From the NCBI GenBank assembly GCA_963730185.1, contig CAVSQW010000012.1:160001-224000 (forward strand): DNA of 64,000 nucleotides, read 5' to 3'. The notes beneath the pieces were generated by a model, which was given only the letters and a program-made list of their open reading frames with translations, did not search any database and was not told the origin of the DNA. Position 1 is the first letter of the stretch; every line of letters begins with the position of its first letter. This stretch comes from an uncultured Gemmatimonadales bacterium. GTDB lineage: Bacteria > Gemmatimonadota > Gemmatimonadetes > Gemmatimonadales > GWC2-71-9. Made by a program: the position numbers and the translations under genes. This document shows positions 1-9,454 of the stretch, in pieces.

Positions 1-24
1 GGCACCGATTGGGCCAGGCCGGAT

Positions 25-855
25 TCACAGTGCGGACGCGCCGCCCTCGCCCACGGTAAGCACCCGGGTCGTGATCGTCCCGCCGTCGAGGCGGAAGGTC
101 CGGAACCCGGGCGGGCCCGCGAGCAACTTGGGAGTCTGGGACACCTTCGACAGCTGGACCGACGTGGCCGGCGTGGTCAGCACGGTGAAGCCCTCCCGCT
201 GAATCACGGTGTCCGTGTGGACGTGGCCGGCGACGATGGTCCGGGCGCCGGGATGGCGACGGAGGACATCGATCAGCGCCTCGCCGTTCTCGAGCCCCAT
301 GGCATCGATCCAGGCCAACCCCACCGGCCAGGGCGGATGGTGCAGGAAGACCATGGTCGGGCGCTCGGAGTGGCCGTGGAGATCCCGCTGGAGCCACGCC
401 AGCTGGGCCGGCCGAAGGCGGCCCCTGGGCGACCCCGGCACCAGAGTGTCGAGCACCACGAAATGCCAGGAACCGTGGTCGAACGCATAGGACCAGGGCT
501 CGGCCGGATCGGCCACTCCAGTGTCGAGGATCCGGTGAAAGGCGGCCCGGTTGTCGTGGTTGCCCAGGGTCGGATGGATCGGGCACGGGAGCGTCCGGAG
601 CAGATCCACGAGCTCGCGGTAGGAGGGTTCGTACTCCTCAGCCGTCCAGGGGCGGGACGGGTCGAGCAGATCCGGACTGGCCAGATCACCGCCCAGCACG
701 GCGAACGCCGGCCGGGGCTCGAGGGCGTTGACGGCATCGATCACCCGGCGGAGGTTCGCGGCGGGGTCCACCGCCCACCCGTCGGGCTGGTAGGCCCACC
801 GACCGCCCGCCATCAGGTGCAGGTCGGTCAGATGGACGAACGAGAAGGCTCCCAT
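25..855 (-). CDS. Calcineurin-like metallophosphoesterase (CpdA/Icc-like phosphodiesterase)
   Basis: Motifs TDLH, GGDL, GNHD, FLHHPP and GHVH in the canonical order. Confidence 0.85.
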   Translation of the reverse strand: MGAFSFVHLTDLHLMAGGRWAYQPDGWAVDPAANLRRVIDAVNALEPRPAFAVLGGDLASPDLLDPSRPWTAEEYEPSYRELVDLLRTLPCPIHPTLGNHDNRAAFHRILDTGVADPAEPWSYAFDHGSWHFVVLDTLVPGSPRGRLRPAQLAWLQRDLHGHSERPTMVFLHHPPWPVGLAWIDAMGLENGEALIDVLRRHPGARTIVAGHVHTDTVIQREGFTVLTTPATSVQLSKVSQTPKLLAGPPGFRTFRLDGGTITTRVLTVGEGGASAL

Positions 856-996
856 GACCCCGGAAGGTAGCGGCCGCTCCGCCCGCTCGGCAGCGGTCGC
901 CGGACTGGCGATCCGGGTGCATACTTATTCGACCGCGTTGGACGCCCGTCTCCGCGCGGCCGTCCAATCGGTCGCGGATAACCCCCTGGAGAACCC

Positions 997-2322
997 ATGA
1001 CATCGCGCTCCGGTCGATTCTGGTCGGTCTGGAACATGAGCTTCGGCTTCCTTGGCATCCAGTTCGGCTGGGCCCTCCAGATGGCCAACATGAGCGCGAT
1101 CTACGAGTACCTGGGTGCCAAGCCCGACCAGATTCCCATGCTCTGGCTGGCCGCGCCGCTCACCGGCCTCCTGATCCAGCCCCTGATCGGTCACCTGAGC
1201 GACCGAACCTGGCTGCCGCGGCTGGGGCGGCGGCGACCCTACTTCCTGGTAGGCGCCCTCCTCAGCTCGGGCGCCCTCCTCTTGATGCCCCAATCCAGCG
1301 ACGCTCTGGATGGCGGCGGGGCTGCTCTGGATCCTCGACGCCTCCATCAACGTCAGCATGGAGCCGTTCCGGGCCTTCGTGGCCGATCTGCTCCCCGCGG
1401 GCAGCGGACCCGGGGCTTCGCCATGCAAAGCTTCTTCATCGGCTTCGGAGCGGTGGTGGCCTCCGCCCTGCCCTGGATGTTGACCAACTGGTTCGGGGTC
1501 ACGTCCGAGCCCGTCGGACGGCGCGATCCCGCTGACCGTCCGGCTCTCCTTCTACGTTGGCGCGGTGGCCTTCCTCGGGGCGGTGCTCTACACCATCGTC
1601 ACCACCCCGGAACACCCGCCGGAGGACCTGGCTGCGCTTCCGAGCGCGACAAGGCGGCCAGCGCGGGTCCGGGCGCGGCGGTGCCGGGAGATCCTCGAGC
1701 GCCATCCGGCGAGATGCCCCGCACCATGCGCCAGCTGGCGACGGTCCAGGTCAGCACCTGGCTCGGGCTGTTCTGCATGTGGCTCTACTTCCCGGTCGCG
1801 GTGGCCAACAACGTGTTCGGGGCGTCGGAGGTCGGATCGCCCCAATACCAGCGAGGGGTGGAGTGGGCGGGGGTCTGCTTCGGCGCCTACTCGGCGGTCT
1901 GCTTCGTGTTCGCGTTCGCGCTTCCCCCGTTGGCCCGAAAGACCGGACGGAAGGGCACCCACGCCGCCTGTCTGCTGGCCGGCGCGGCGGGCCTCGTCAG
2001 CGTGGCCTTCATCAGCGACTACCGCCTGCTGCTGCTCTCGATGGTGGGGGTCGGGATCGCGTGGGCCAGCACCCTCGTCGATGCCGTACTCGATGCTCGC
2101 CAACGCAATCCCGCCCGAGACCGGACCGGCGTCTACATGGGGATCTTCAACTTCTTCATCGTGATCCCCGAGATCATTGCCTCGCTCGTCTTCGGGTGGG
2201 TCATGTCTCACCTCCTCCACAACAACCGGCTCGACCGCCGTGCTGGCGGGCGGAGTGTTCCTGGCTGCTGGCGGCGCTGCTGGTGTTCCGGGTCGACGAT
2301 CCGGGGGAGGCGCCGGGCATGA
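997..2322 (+). CDS. MFS sugar transporter, maltose/sucrose (SLC45/MalT-like); several frameshifts
   Basis: WNMSFGFLGIQFGWALQMAN, GHLSDRTW..LGRRRPYF and GVYMGIFNFFIVIPEI. Coherent transporter sequence is spread over frames 997.., 1565.. and others. Stop overlaps the next ATG (ATGA at 2319-2322). Confidence 0.8.
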   Translation: MTSRSGRFWSVWNMSFGFLGIQFGWALQMANMSAIYEYLGAKPDQIPMLWLAAPLTGLLIQPLIGHLSDRTWLPRLGRRRPYFLVGALLSSGALLLMPQSSDALDGGGAALDPRRLHQRQHGAVPGLRGRSAPRGQRTRGFAMQSFFIGFGAVVASALPWMLTNWFGVTSEPVGRRDPADRPALLLRWRGGLPRGGALHHRHHPGTPAGGPGCASERDKAASAGPGAAVPGDPRAPSGEMPRTMRQLATVQVSTWLGLFCMWLYFPVAVANNVFGASEVGSPQYQRGVEWAGVCFGAYSAVCFVFAFALPPLARKTGRKGTHAACLLAGAAGLVSVAFISDYRLLLLSMVGVGIAWASTLVDAVLDARQRNPARDRTGVYMGIFNFFIVIPEIIASLVFGWVMSHLLHNNRLDRRAGGRSVPGCWRRCWCSGSTIRGRRRA

Positions 2323-4198
2323 TCCGATTCCTCGCGGCCATCGCGGTGATCGGCCTGGCGGCGCCGGCGGCGGCCCAGAGCGCCGACGGTCGAGAAGGTG
2401 GATCCTCCCGGCTGGTGGCCCGGCTCGACGATCAACCCGGTCCGAGTGCTGATCCGGGGCGACCACCTGGCCGGCGCGCAAGCCCGGTGCCTCCGGGTGG
2501 CAGTGCGGCCGGGTCAGGGTCAACGACGCCGGAACCTACGTCTTCGTCGACGTCACCATCCCCAGCGGCGCCCGGCCCGGGAGCTACCCGTTCCGGTTGG
2601 AGACGCCCGGCGGCTCGGTGGAGGTGCCCTTCTCGCTGGTGGCCCGGCAGCCGGCGGCCGGCCGCTATCAGGGCTTTGGTCCGAACGACGTGATCTACCT
2701 GATCATGCCGGACCGCTTCGCCGACGGTGACCCGTCCAACGACGACCCCGCGGTGTCGAAGGGGCTCTGGAACCGCTCGAAGGCGCGCTTCTACCACGGC
2801 GGTGACCTGGCCGGCATCCGCCAGCGGCTTCCCTACCTCCAGTCGCTCGGGATCACCGCCATCTGGCTCAACCCGATCTACGACAACAACAACGTCCTCA
2901 ACCGGCAGGAGAAGTACGACGGCGAGCCGATCACCGACTACCACGGGTACGGCGCGACCGACTTCTACGCCGTGGACGAGCATTTCGGCAACCTGGCGGA
3001 CGTCCGGTCGCTGGTGGACGAGGCCCATCGGCACGGCATCAAGGTCATCCTGGACATGGTGGCCAACCACACCGGCCCCTACCACCCCTGGGTGACCAAC
3101 TCGCCGACGCCGACCTGGTTCCACGGAACCGCGAGCAAGCACCTGGCCAACGAGTGGCAGGTCTGGACCCTGGCCGATCCCTACAGCACGCCGGCGGTCC
3201 AGCGGTCCACCCTCGACGGCTGGTTCATCGACATCCTTCCGGACCTCGACCAGGACGACCCGGAGGTGGCCCGCTACCTGATCCAGAACACACTCTGGTG
3301 GGTGGCGATGAGCGGGATGGACGGGATCCGCCAGGACACCTGGCCCTACGTGCCGAGGCACTTCTGGCGGTCCTGGATGCAGGCGATCCGGCGGGAGTTT
3401 CCCGCCCTCAAGGTGCTGGGCGAAGTCTCCGATGGTAACCCGGCTCTGGTCTCGTTCTTCGAGGGCGGCCGGACCCAGTTCGACGGGATCGACGACCTGG
3501 TCGACTATCTCTACGACTACCCGCTCTTCTACCCTCTGCGGCGGGCGTTCGGCGAGGGCCGTTCGATCCGCGAGGTCGCGTCGATGCTCTCGCACGACCG
3601 GCTCTATCGCAATCCGACCTCGCTGGTGACGTTCGTGGACCTGCACGACGTCCCCCGCTTCCGGAACGACCGGGGCGCGACCACCGCCGGGCTGGAGCTG
3701 GCCTACACCTTCCTGCTCACCACCCGCGGGATTCCCCTGCTCTACTACGGCGATGAGATCGGACTGCCCGGCGGCGGCGATCCCGACAACCGGCGGGACT
3801 TCCCGGGCGGGTGGGCCGACGATCCGCGGAACGCGTTCGACGCCGGCGGGCGGACCGCGGAGGAAGAGCAGGTCTTCGAGCACGTGAAGCAGCTGCTGGC
3901 CATCCGGGCGGCCCGGCCGGGGCTTCGGGGACGGAAGACCAGGACCCTGGTCGCCGGCGAGCAGACGCTGGTCTACCAGCGGGGCCGAACGGTCGTGGGG
4001 CTCAACAACGACACCACCGCCACGACGGTGCGGATTCCCCTGACCGGGGCTGGGTGCCGACCTCCTCGGCCGCTGCCCCGCCACCCGGCTCGACGGCGAG
4101 GCGACGGTCGCGGATCTGCCCGCCCGCACCGGGTGCATCTTCCCCGTGGCGGCCCGTTCGGGGAGCGACTAATCTTGCAGGCGACGCCTCCGTTCTAA
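2319..4198 (+). CDS. GH13 cyclomaltodextrinase/neopullulanase (SusA-like), secreted; frameshifts near both ends, 3' end uncertain
   Basis: Signal peptide MIRFLAAIAVIG at 2319. N-terminal DPPGWW domain lies in another frame. Main frame has YLIMPDRFADGD, YHGY, DMVANH, GIRQDTWPY, GEV, DLHD and YYGDEIG. Confidence 0.8.
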
Positions 4199-4234
4199 GT
4201 CCTTCGCTCCACCGCGGACACTGCCAGGAGGACC

Positions 4235-5944
4235 GTGCAACAGATCCATCTCGGCGCGATCGACCACGCCATCCTCTTCGTCTACTTCGCCTTCGTGCTG
4301 GGCATCGGCTGGGTGATCCGCCGCTCGGTTCGCCAGAGCGACGACTTCTTCCTGGCCGGCCGCTCGATGCCGGCCTGGATTGCCGGCCTCGCCTTCATCT
4401 CGGCCAACCTCGGCGCCCAGGAAGTGATCGGGATGGCGGCGTCGGGCGCCAAGTACGGAATGATGACGAGTCACTTCTACTGGCTCGGCGCGATCCCGGC
4501 GATGGTGTTCGTCGGCGTCTTCATGATGCCGTTCTACTACGGCTCCCGAGCCCGGTCCGTCCCCGAGTACCTCAAGCTCCGCTTCGACGAGAAGACCCGG
4601 GCATTCAACGCCATCACCTTCGCGGTGATGACGGTGTTCTCCTCCGGGATCTCGATGTACGCGCTCGCCAAGCTGCTGGAGCTGGTGCTCGGGTGGAACT
4701 TCAACACCAGCATCGTGCTCTCGGCCGTGATCGTCCTGAGCTACGTCTTCCTCGGCGGCCTGACATCGGCGATCTACAACGAGGTGCTCCAGTTCTTCCT
4801 GATCGTCACCGGGTTCCTGCCGCTGGTGCTGCTCGGGCTCAAGGACGTCGGGGGGTGGAGCGGGCTGATGGCCAAGCTCCAGGTCGTGTCGACCGACGCC
4901 GGGTTCGCGCCCGGAGCCTGGGCGCACGCCTCGCGGCACCTCGATTCGGCCGCCGCCAACCCGATGGGGGTGGAGTGGTTCGGGTTGGCAATGGGGTTGG
5001 GCTTCGTGCTCTCCTTCGGGTATTGGTGTACCGACTTCCTGGTGGTGCAGCGGGCCATGGCGGCCGACTCGATGGCCGCGGCCCGCCGGACGCCGCTCCT
5101 GGCCGCGCTCCCCAAGATGGTCTTTCCGTTCCTGGTCATCCTCCCGGGCATGATCGCGATCGCGCTCCACGTGACCCGGGGCGCCATGATCCCGCTCGAG
5201 GCCGACGGCACGCCCAACTACAACCTCGCCATCCCGGCCATGCTGGCCCATTACCTCCCCTCAGGGCTGCTGGGGCTCGGGATGACGGCGTTGATGGCAT
5301 CGTTCATGTCCGGGATGGCGGGCAATGTGACCGCCTTCAACACGGTCTGGACGTACGACATCTATCAGTCCTACATCCGGCCGGGCCAGTCCGACCGGCA
5401 CTACCTCCGGATGGGTCACGCGGCGACGGTCTTCGGCATTCTGGCGAGCGTGGTGGCCGCCTACGCGACCACCAAGTTCAACAACATCATGGACCTGCTT
5501 CAGCTGGTCTTCGCGTTCGTCAACGCGCCACTCTTCGCGACCTTCCTGCTGGGCATGTTCTGGCGCCGGACCACCGGACACGGCGCCTTCTTCGGCCTCC
5601 TGCTCGGCACCCTGGCCGCGGCGGTGCACCACGGGCTGGTGCTCCCGCACGGCGCCGTGGTCGGACTCAAGGGCGGCTTCCTGGGCACGGTGGTGCACAC
5701 CTACCCGAGCGAGATGGCGCAGAACTTCTGGACCGCGATCTTCGCCTGGACCACGTGTTTCGTGTCCACCATCGCGATCTCGCTCGTGACCAAGCGCACC
5801 AAGACCGATGCCGAGCTCGGCGGGCTCGTCTACGCCCTCACGCCGCGGGAGGTCACCCACGGGCTGCCCTGGTACCAACGGCCGGCCGTGCTGGCGGTGA
5901 TCGTGCTCGGGCTCACGCTCGTGCTCAACGTGATCTTCTGGTGA
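4235..5944 (+). CDS. Sodium:solute symporter (SSS family, probably sugar)
   Basis: DFFLAGRSMP, SANLGA, SVPEYLKLRF and WCTDFLVVQRAMAA; many TM helices; AGGAGG upstream. Confidence 0.9.
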   Translation: MQQIHLGAIDHAILFVYFAFVLGIGWVIRRSVRQSDDFFLAGRSMPAWIAGLAFISANLGAQEVIGMAASGAKYGMMTSHFYWLGAIPAMVFVGVFMMPFYYGSRARSVPEYLKLRFDEKTRAFNAITFAVMTVFSSGISMYALAKLLELVLGWNFNTSIVLSAVIVLSYVFLGGLTSAIYNEVLQFFLIVTGFLPLVLLGLKDVGGWSGLMAKLQVVSTDAGFAPGAWAHASRHLDSAAANPMGVEWFGLAMGLGFVLSFGYWCTDFLVVQRAMAADSMAAARRTPLLAALPKMVFPFLVILPGMIAIALHVTRGAMIPLEADGTPNYNLAIPAMLAHYLPSGLLGLGMTALMASFMSGMAGNVTAFNTVWTYDIYQSYIRPGQSDRHYLRMGHAATVFGILASVVAAYATTKFNNIMDLLQLVFAFVNAPLFATFLLGMFWRRTTGHGAFFGLLLGTLAAAVHHGLVLPHGAVVGLKGGFLGTVVHTYPSEMAQNFWTAIFAWTTCFVSTIAISLVTKRTKTDAELGGLVYALTPREVTHGLPWYQRPAVLAVIVLGLTLVLNVIFW

Positions 5945-5951
5945 GGGCGCC

Positions 5952-6182
5952 ATGAATCTCGACATTCGGATGCCGATCGGCCTGATGTTCTCGATCGTGG
6001 GCGTCCTGCTGATCGGCTTCGGCCTGGTCTCGGGACCGGCGATCTACGACCGGTCCCTCGGCATCAACGTGAACCTCTGGTGGGGGCTGGTCCTGCTCGG
6101 CTTCGGGCTCCTGATGGCGGGCTTCGCCTTCCGGAGCCGGGGCGCGCGATCCGATCGCGACCCGGCCGACGCGCCGCAGTAG
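5952..6182 (+). CDS. Small two-TM membrane protein accompanying the SSS transporter
   Basis: MNLDIRMPIGLMF...INVNLWWGLVLL; two hydrophobic helices; 7 bp after the SSS stop. Confidence 0.7.
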   Translation: MNLDIRMPIGLMFSIVGVLLIGFGLVSGPAIYDRSLGINVNLWWGLVLLGFGLLMAGFAFRSRGARSDRDPADAPQ

Positions 6183-6219
6183 GGCGCGCCGGCCGGGGAA
6201 TGATCGAAGATGGGAGGAC

Positions 6220-8265
6220 TCAGGGCGCCGGGCGGATCCGGATGGCCTCCCCGCCACCGGGCGCCAGCGCGAGGTGGAGCCGCGTCGCCGAGGTCACCGG
6301 ACGCTTGCTGATCGTGATCGGATACGGGTTGTCGACCCAATCGGCCCCCGGCCCGTCGGCGTAGATCTCCGCGACATACCGCTTGCCCGGCGTCAGGAAG
6401 TCGAGCTTCACGTCGAAGCTCCTTCGTACCTCGTCGGTGATGGCCCCCAGAAACCAGGTCTGGCTGTTCCGGGCTCGCCGGGCCACGACGACGTAGTCTC
6501 CGATCTTCCCGTCGATCACGCGGGTGGTGTCCCAGTCCACCGCCACGTCGCGGATGAACTGGAAGGCCGGCTGCCCCGCGTAGTTCTCGGGCAAATCGGC
6601 CGCCATCTGGAGCGGCGAGTAGATCACCACGTAGAGCGCCAGCTGCTTGGCGAGGGTCGTCCTGACCCGGGGCTCGTCGAGCCGGCGGGCGTGGCCACCA
6701 CTCTTCTCGAGCAGGTCGAAGATCCCCGGCGTGAAGTCCATCGGCCCGGCCAGGAGCCGGGTAAAGAAGAGGTTGATCTCGTGATCCGGCGGATTGCCGC
6801 CGTCGCCGCTCCAGGCGTTGTACTCCTGCCCCCGGGCGCCCTCGCGGCTCATCATGTTGGGGTAGGTCCGTCGCTCGCCGGTGTCGTGCATCGGCTCGTG
6901 GGCGTCGACCGCGATCTCGTGCCGGGCGGCCTCCTCGATCACGTGCCGGTAGTGGCTGACCATGAACTGCGAGTAGTGCGAGTCGCCGTTGCTGGTGAGG
7001 TCGGTGACGTAGCCGGTCTTGATCGCGTGCACCCCCAGCGACTGGTAGAGCGTGTAGGCGCTGTCCATCTGGCGCTCGTAGTTCTCCACCCCGCCCGAGG
7101 TCTCGTTGTGGACGATGAGCTGGACCCCGTGGGCCTTGGCGTACCGGGCCACCTCGGCCAGATCGTAATCCGGATAGGCCTGGGTGAACGAGAAGGCGTT
7201 CCGGTTGGCAATCCAGTCGCCGTCCCACCCCTCGTTCCAGCCCTCCACCAGCACCCCGCCGAACCCGTTCTTGGCGGCGAAGTCGATGTACTTCTTGGCG
7301 TTGGCGGTCGTCGCGCCGTGCTTGGGCCCGGAGCTCCAGGTCATGATGCCGAGATGCATTCCCCACCAGATCCCGACGTATTTCATCGGGTGGATCCAGT
7401 CGGTGCTCGGCAGCACGCTGGGCGGGTTGAGATTGAGGCCCAGCACGGAGGGCGCCAGCTGGGTCGCGCGGTCGGCCAGCTGGACCGTCCGCCACGGCGT
7501 CACGAACGGCGTGTGGCCCCGAACCTTCACGCCGTCGGCCAGCGGCGCCAGGTCGGCGTGCAGGGTGCGGCACTCGCACCGCTCGCCCGCCAGGAACATC
7601 CGGGCATAGTCGACCAGATTGGCCTCGTGGATCACCAGGTAGGTCTTCCCGTCCTGGGTCTCCATGGTCAGCGGGGTCTGGACGCTGTCGATCAGGCTCA
7701 CCGGACTCGACGAGTAGAGCATCTCGGAGCGGTCTTTCCGGGCCCAGTTGGACGGAATCCACCAGGAGCGGGCGTTGTCGGCCAGGGCGAACTCGGTCAG
7801 CTCGCGTGAGATCTCGAACCCGCCGAGGCCGGGTTGCTCCGGCACTTCGTAGCGGAAGCCGATCCCGTCGTCGAAGGCCCGGACCCGGAGGGTGAAGTGA
7901 CGGGCCGGCGCCGCCTTTTCCCGGACGGTCACTGCCAGCTCGTTGTGATGGTCGTGCACTCGTGCCACCTCGCCCCAGGGCTGGGTCCACCACTCGTCGT
8001 GCGAGTCCCGCGCGGTGTCGACGATCGCCAGCCCGTCCCGGAGCGGCGGGGCGTTCCGAAACTCGAAGCCGAGCAGGGAGGGGAGCATCAGGGGACGACC
8101 GTCGCGGGCGAGGCTCCAATAGAGGTGGCCGTCCCGAACCTCGACGGTCACGGCGTTTCGGCCATCGGGCGAGGTGACCCGGGCCTGGGCGCGCGCGGCG
8201 GTAGACCCGGTGAGTGAAATGAGGGCCGCGAGGCCGAGCGGCACGATACGCGGGAGGTTTGACAT
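6220..8265 (-). CDS. GH97 glycoside hydrolase (SusB-like, inverting alpha-glucosidase type)
   Basis: Signal peptide from ATG 8265. Motifs KYVGIWWGMH, VEGWNEGW, HNETSG, IKTGYV, EGARGQEY and GPMDFTPG. The HxET/KxGYV pattern matches the SusB inverting subgroup. Confidence 0.9.
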   Translation of the reverse strand: MSNLPRIVPLGLAALISLTGSTAARAQARVTSPDGRNAVTVEVRDGHLYWSLARDGRPLMLPSLLGFEFRNAPPLRDGLAIVDTARDSHDEWWTQPWGEVARVHDHHNELAVTVREKAAPARHFTLRVRAFDDGIGFRYEVPEQPGLGGFEISRELTEFALADNARSWWIPSNWARKDRSEMLYSSSPVSLIDSVQTPLTMETQDGKTYLVIHEANLVDYARMFLAGERCECRTLHADLAPLADGVKVRGHTPFVTPWRTVQLADRATQLAPSVLGLNLNPPSVLPSTDWIHPMKYVGIWWGMHLGIMTWSSGPKHGATTANAKKYIDFAAKNGFGGVLVEGWNEGWDGDWIANRNAFSFTQAYPDYDLAEVARYAKAHGVQLIVHNETSGGVENYERQMDSAYTLYQSLGVHAIKTGYVTDLTSNGDSHYSQFMVSHYRHVIEEAARHEIAVDAHEPMHDTGERRTYPNMMSREGARGQEYNAWSGDGGNPPDHEINLFFTRLLAGPMDFTPGIFDLLEKSGGHARRLDEPRVRTTLAKQLALYVVIYSPLQMAADLPENYAGQPAFQFIRDVAVDWDTTRVIDGKIGDYVVVARRARNSQTWFLGAITDEVRRSFDVKLDFLTPGKRYVAEIYADGPGADWVDNPYPITISKRPVTSATRLHLALAPGGGEAIRIRPAP

Positions 8266-8303
8266 ACAGCTTCCTCGAGAGAGACGAACGTCGAGCAGTC
8301 CAA

Positions 8304-9443
8304 TCATCGGGCTTGGATAGCCGCGGCGGCCGGGAGGGCGTTGCCCTGGTCATCGAACAGGGCCAGGGACCCGCCGCCCCACACGAACAGCCCGGGCACC
8401 TGAATCGACTCGGGATACCACCAGAGCACGCCGGCGCCCCGGCCATCGGGCACGGACGCCACCGCCGCGACCAGATCGCTGAGGTAGGTCTTCTGGCCGG
8501 CTTTGGTCACCGGCCAGGCCATCGACGCCGGGGAGCCGCCCAGGCCTTCCCAGCCGCCGGCCCGCCACGGATAGGCGGTTTCGACCACCATCACGTCCTT
8601 GCCGAAGCGCTGGGCGGCGGCCCCCAAGTTGGCCGTCAGATCGGCGAGTGAGCGTGCACCGTGCCACCAGGGATAGTAGCTCAGACCGATCAGATCGAAC
8701 GGCACCCCGTAATCGGTCATCTCGTCGAAGAAGGCCCGGGTGCCGGCCAGGCTGCCGCCCTGGGAAAAGTGTAGCATGACGAGGGCCGAGTCGCCCGGCG
8801 GCGTCGCGGAGCGAACCCCCCGGATCCCGGCCTGGAGGAGTCGGGTGCAGCGGACCCACTGGGTCGCCGAATCGCCGCCTGCCCCGCCGATCCGGCCGAG
8901 CGGCCAGAGCAGGCCCGCATCGATCTCGTTCCCGATCTGCACGATGTCGGGCAACGCGCCCGCCTCGGCCAGCCGGGTCAGGACCGAGTCGGTGTAGGTC
9001 TCGACTTCGCGCTCGAGGGCGTCGAAGTCGAGCGCCGCCCACGCGGCGGGAGTGGACTGGTGGCCGGGGTCGGCCCAGGTATCGGAGTAGTGGAGGTCGA
9101 GCAGGAGCCTGGCGCCGGTCGCCTTGACCCGGCCGGCCAGACGGACCGAGTAGTCTAGGTCGTTGACCTGGACCTCGTCCTGGTTGGGATGCACGAACAG
9201 ACGGAGCCGGAACAGGTTGGCGCCGCGCGACCGGAGAATGGCCAAGGCGTCGCCCGGCTGTCCACCGTCGCGAAACTGACCGCCGGCCTGCTCGATCCGC
9301 TCCAGGGCCGACACGTCGGCCCCCGCGAATCGGAGGCTCGGGATCGTCGGCGACGGCGCCGTGGCCTGCCCACCGCACCCCGCCAACAGCAGGATGACCG
9401 CGACGGCTCGGAGGCGGCGCCCCCGACGCCCTGGGATCGACAC
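8304..9443 (-). CDS. GH53 endo-beta-1,4-galactanase, lipoprotein
   Basis: C-terminal part of ORF 8304..11060: lipobox LLAGC, GADVS, RLRLFVHP, LHYSDTWADPG, QIGNEI, SYYPWW and VETAYP. GTG start at 9443 is inferred. Confidence 0.85.
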   Translation of the reverse strand: MSIPGRRGRRLRAVAVILLLAGCGGQATAPSPTIPSLRFAGADVSALERIEQAGGQFRDGGQPGDALAILRSRGANLFRLRLFVHPNQDEVQVNDLDYSVRLAGRVKATGARLLLDLHYSDTWADPGHQSTPAAWAALDFDALEREVETYTDSVLTRLAEAGALPDIVQIGNEIDAGLLWPLGRIGGAGGDSATQWVRCTRLLQAGIRGVRSATPPGDSALVMLHFSQGGSLAGTRAFFDEMTDYGVPFDLIGLSYYPWWHGARSLADLTANLGAAAQRFGKDVMVVETAYPWRAGGWEGLGGSPASMAWPVTKAGQKTYLSDLVAAVASVPDGRGAGVLWWYPESIQVPGLFVWGGGSLALFDDQGNALPAAAAIQAR

Positions 9444-9454
9444 GCCAGGGCCGC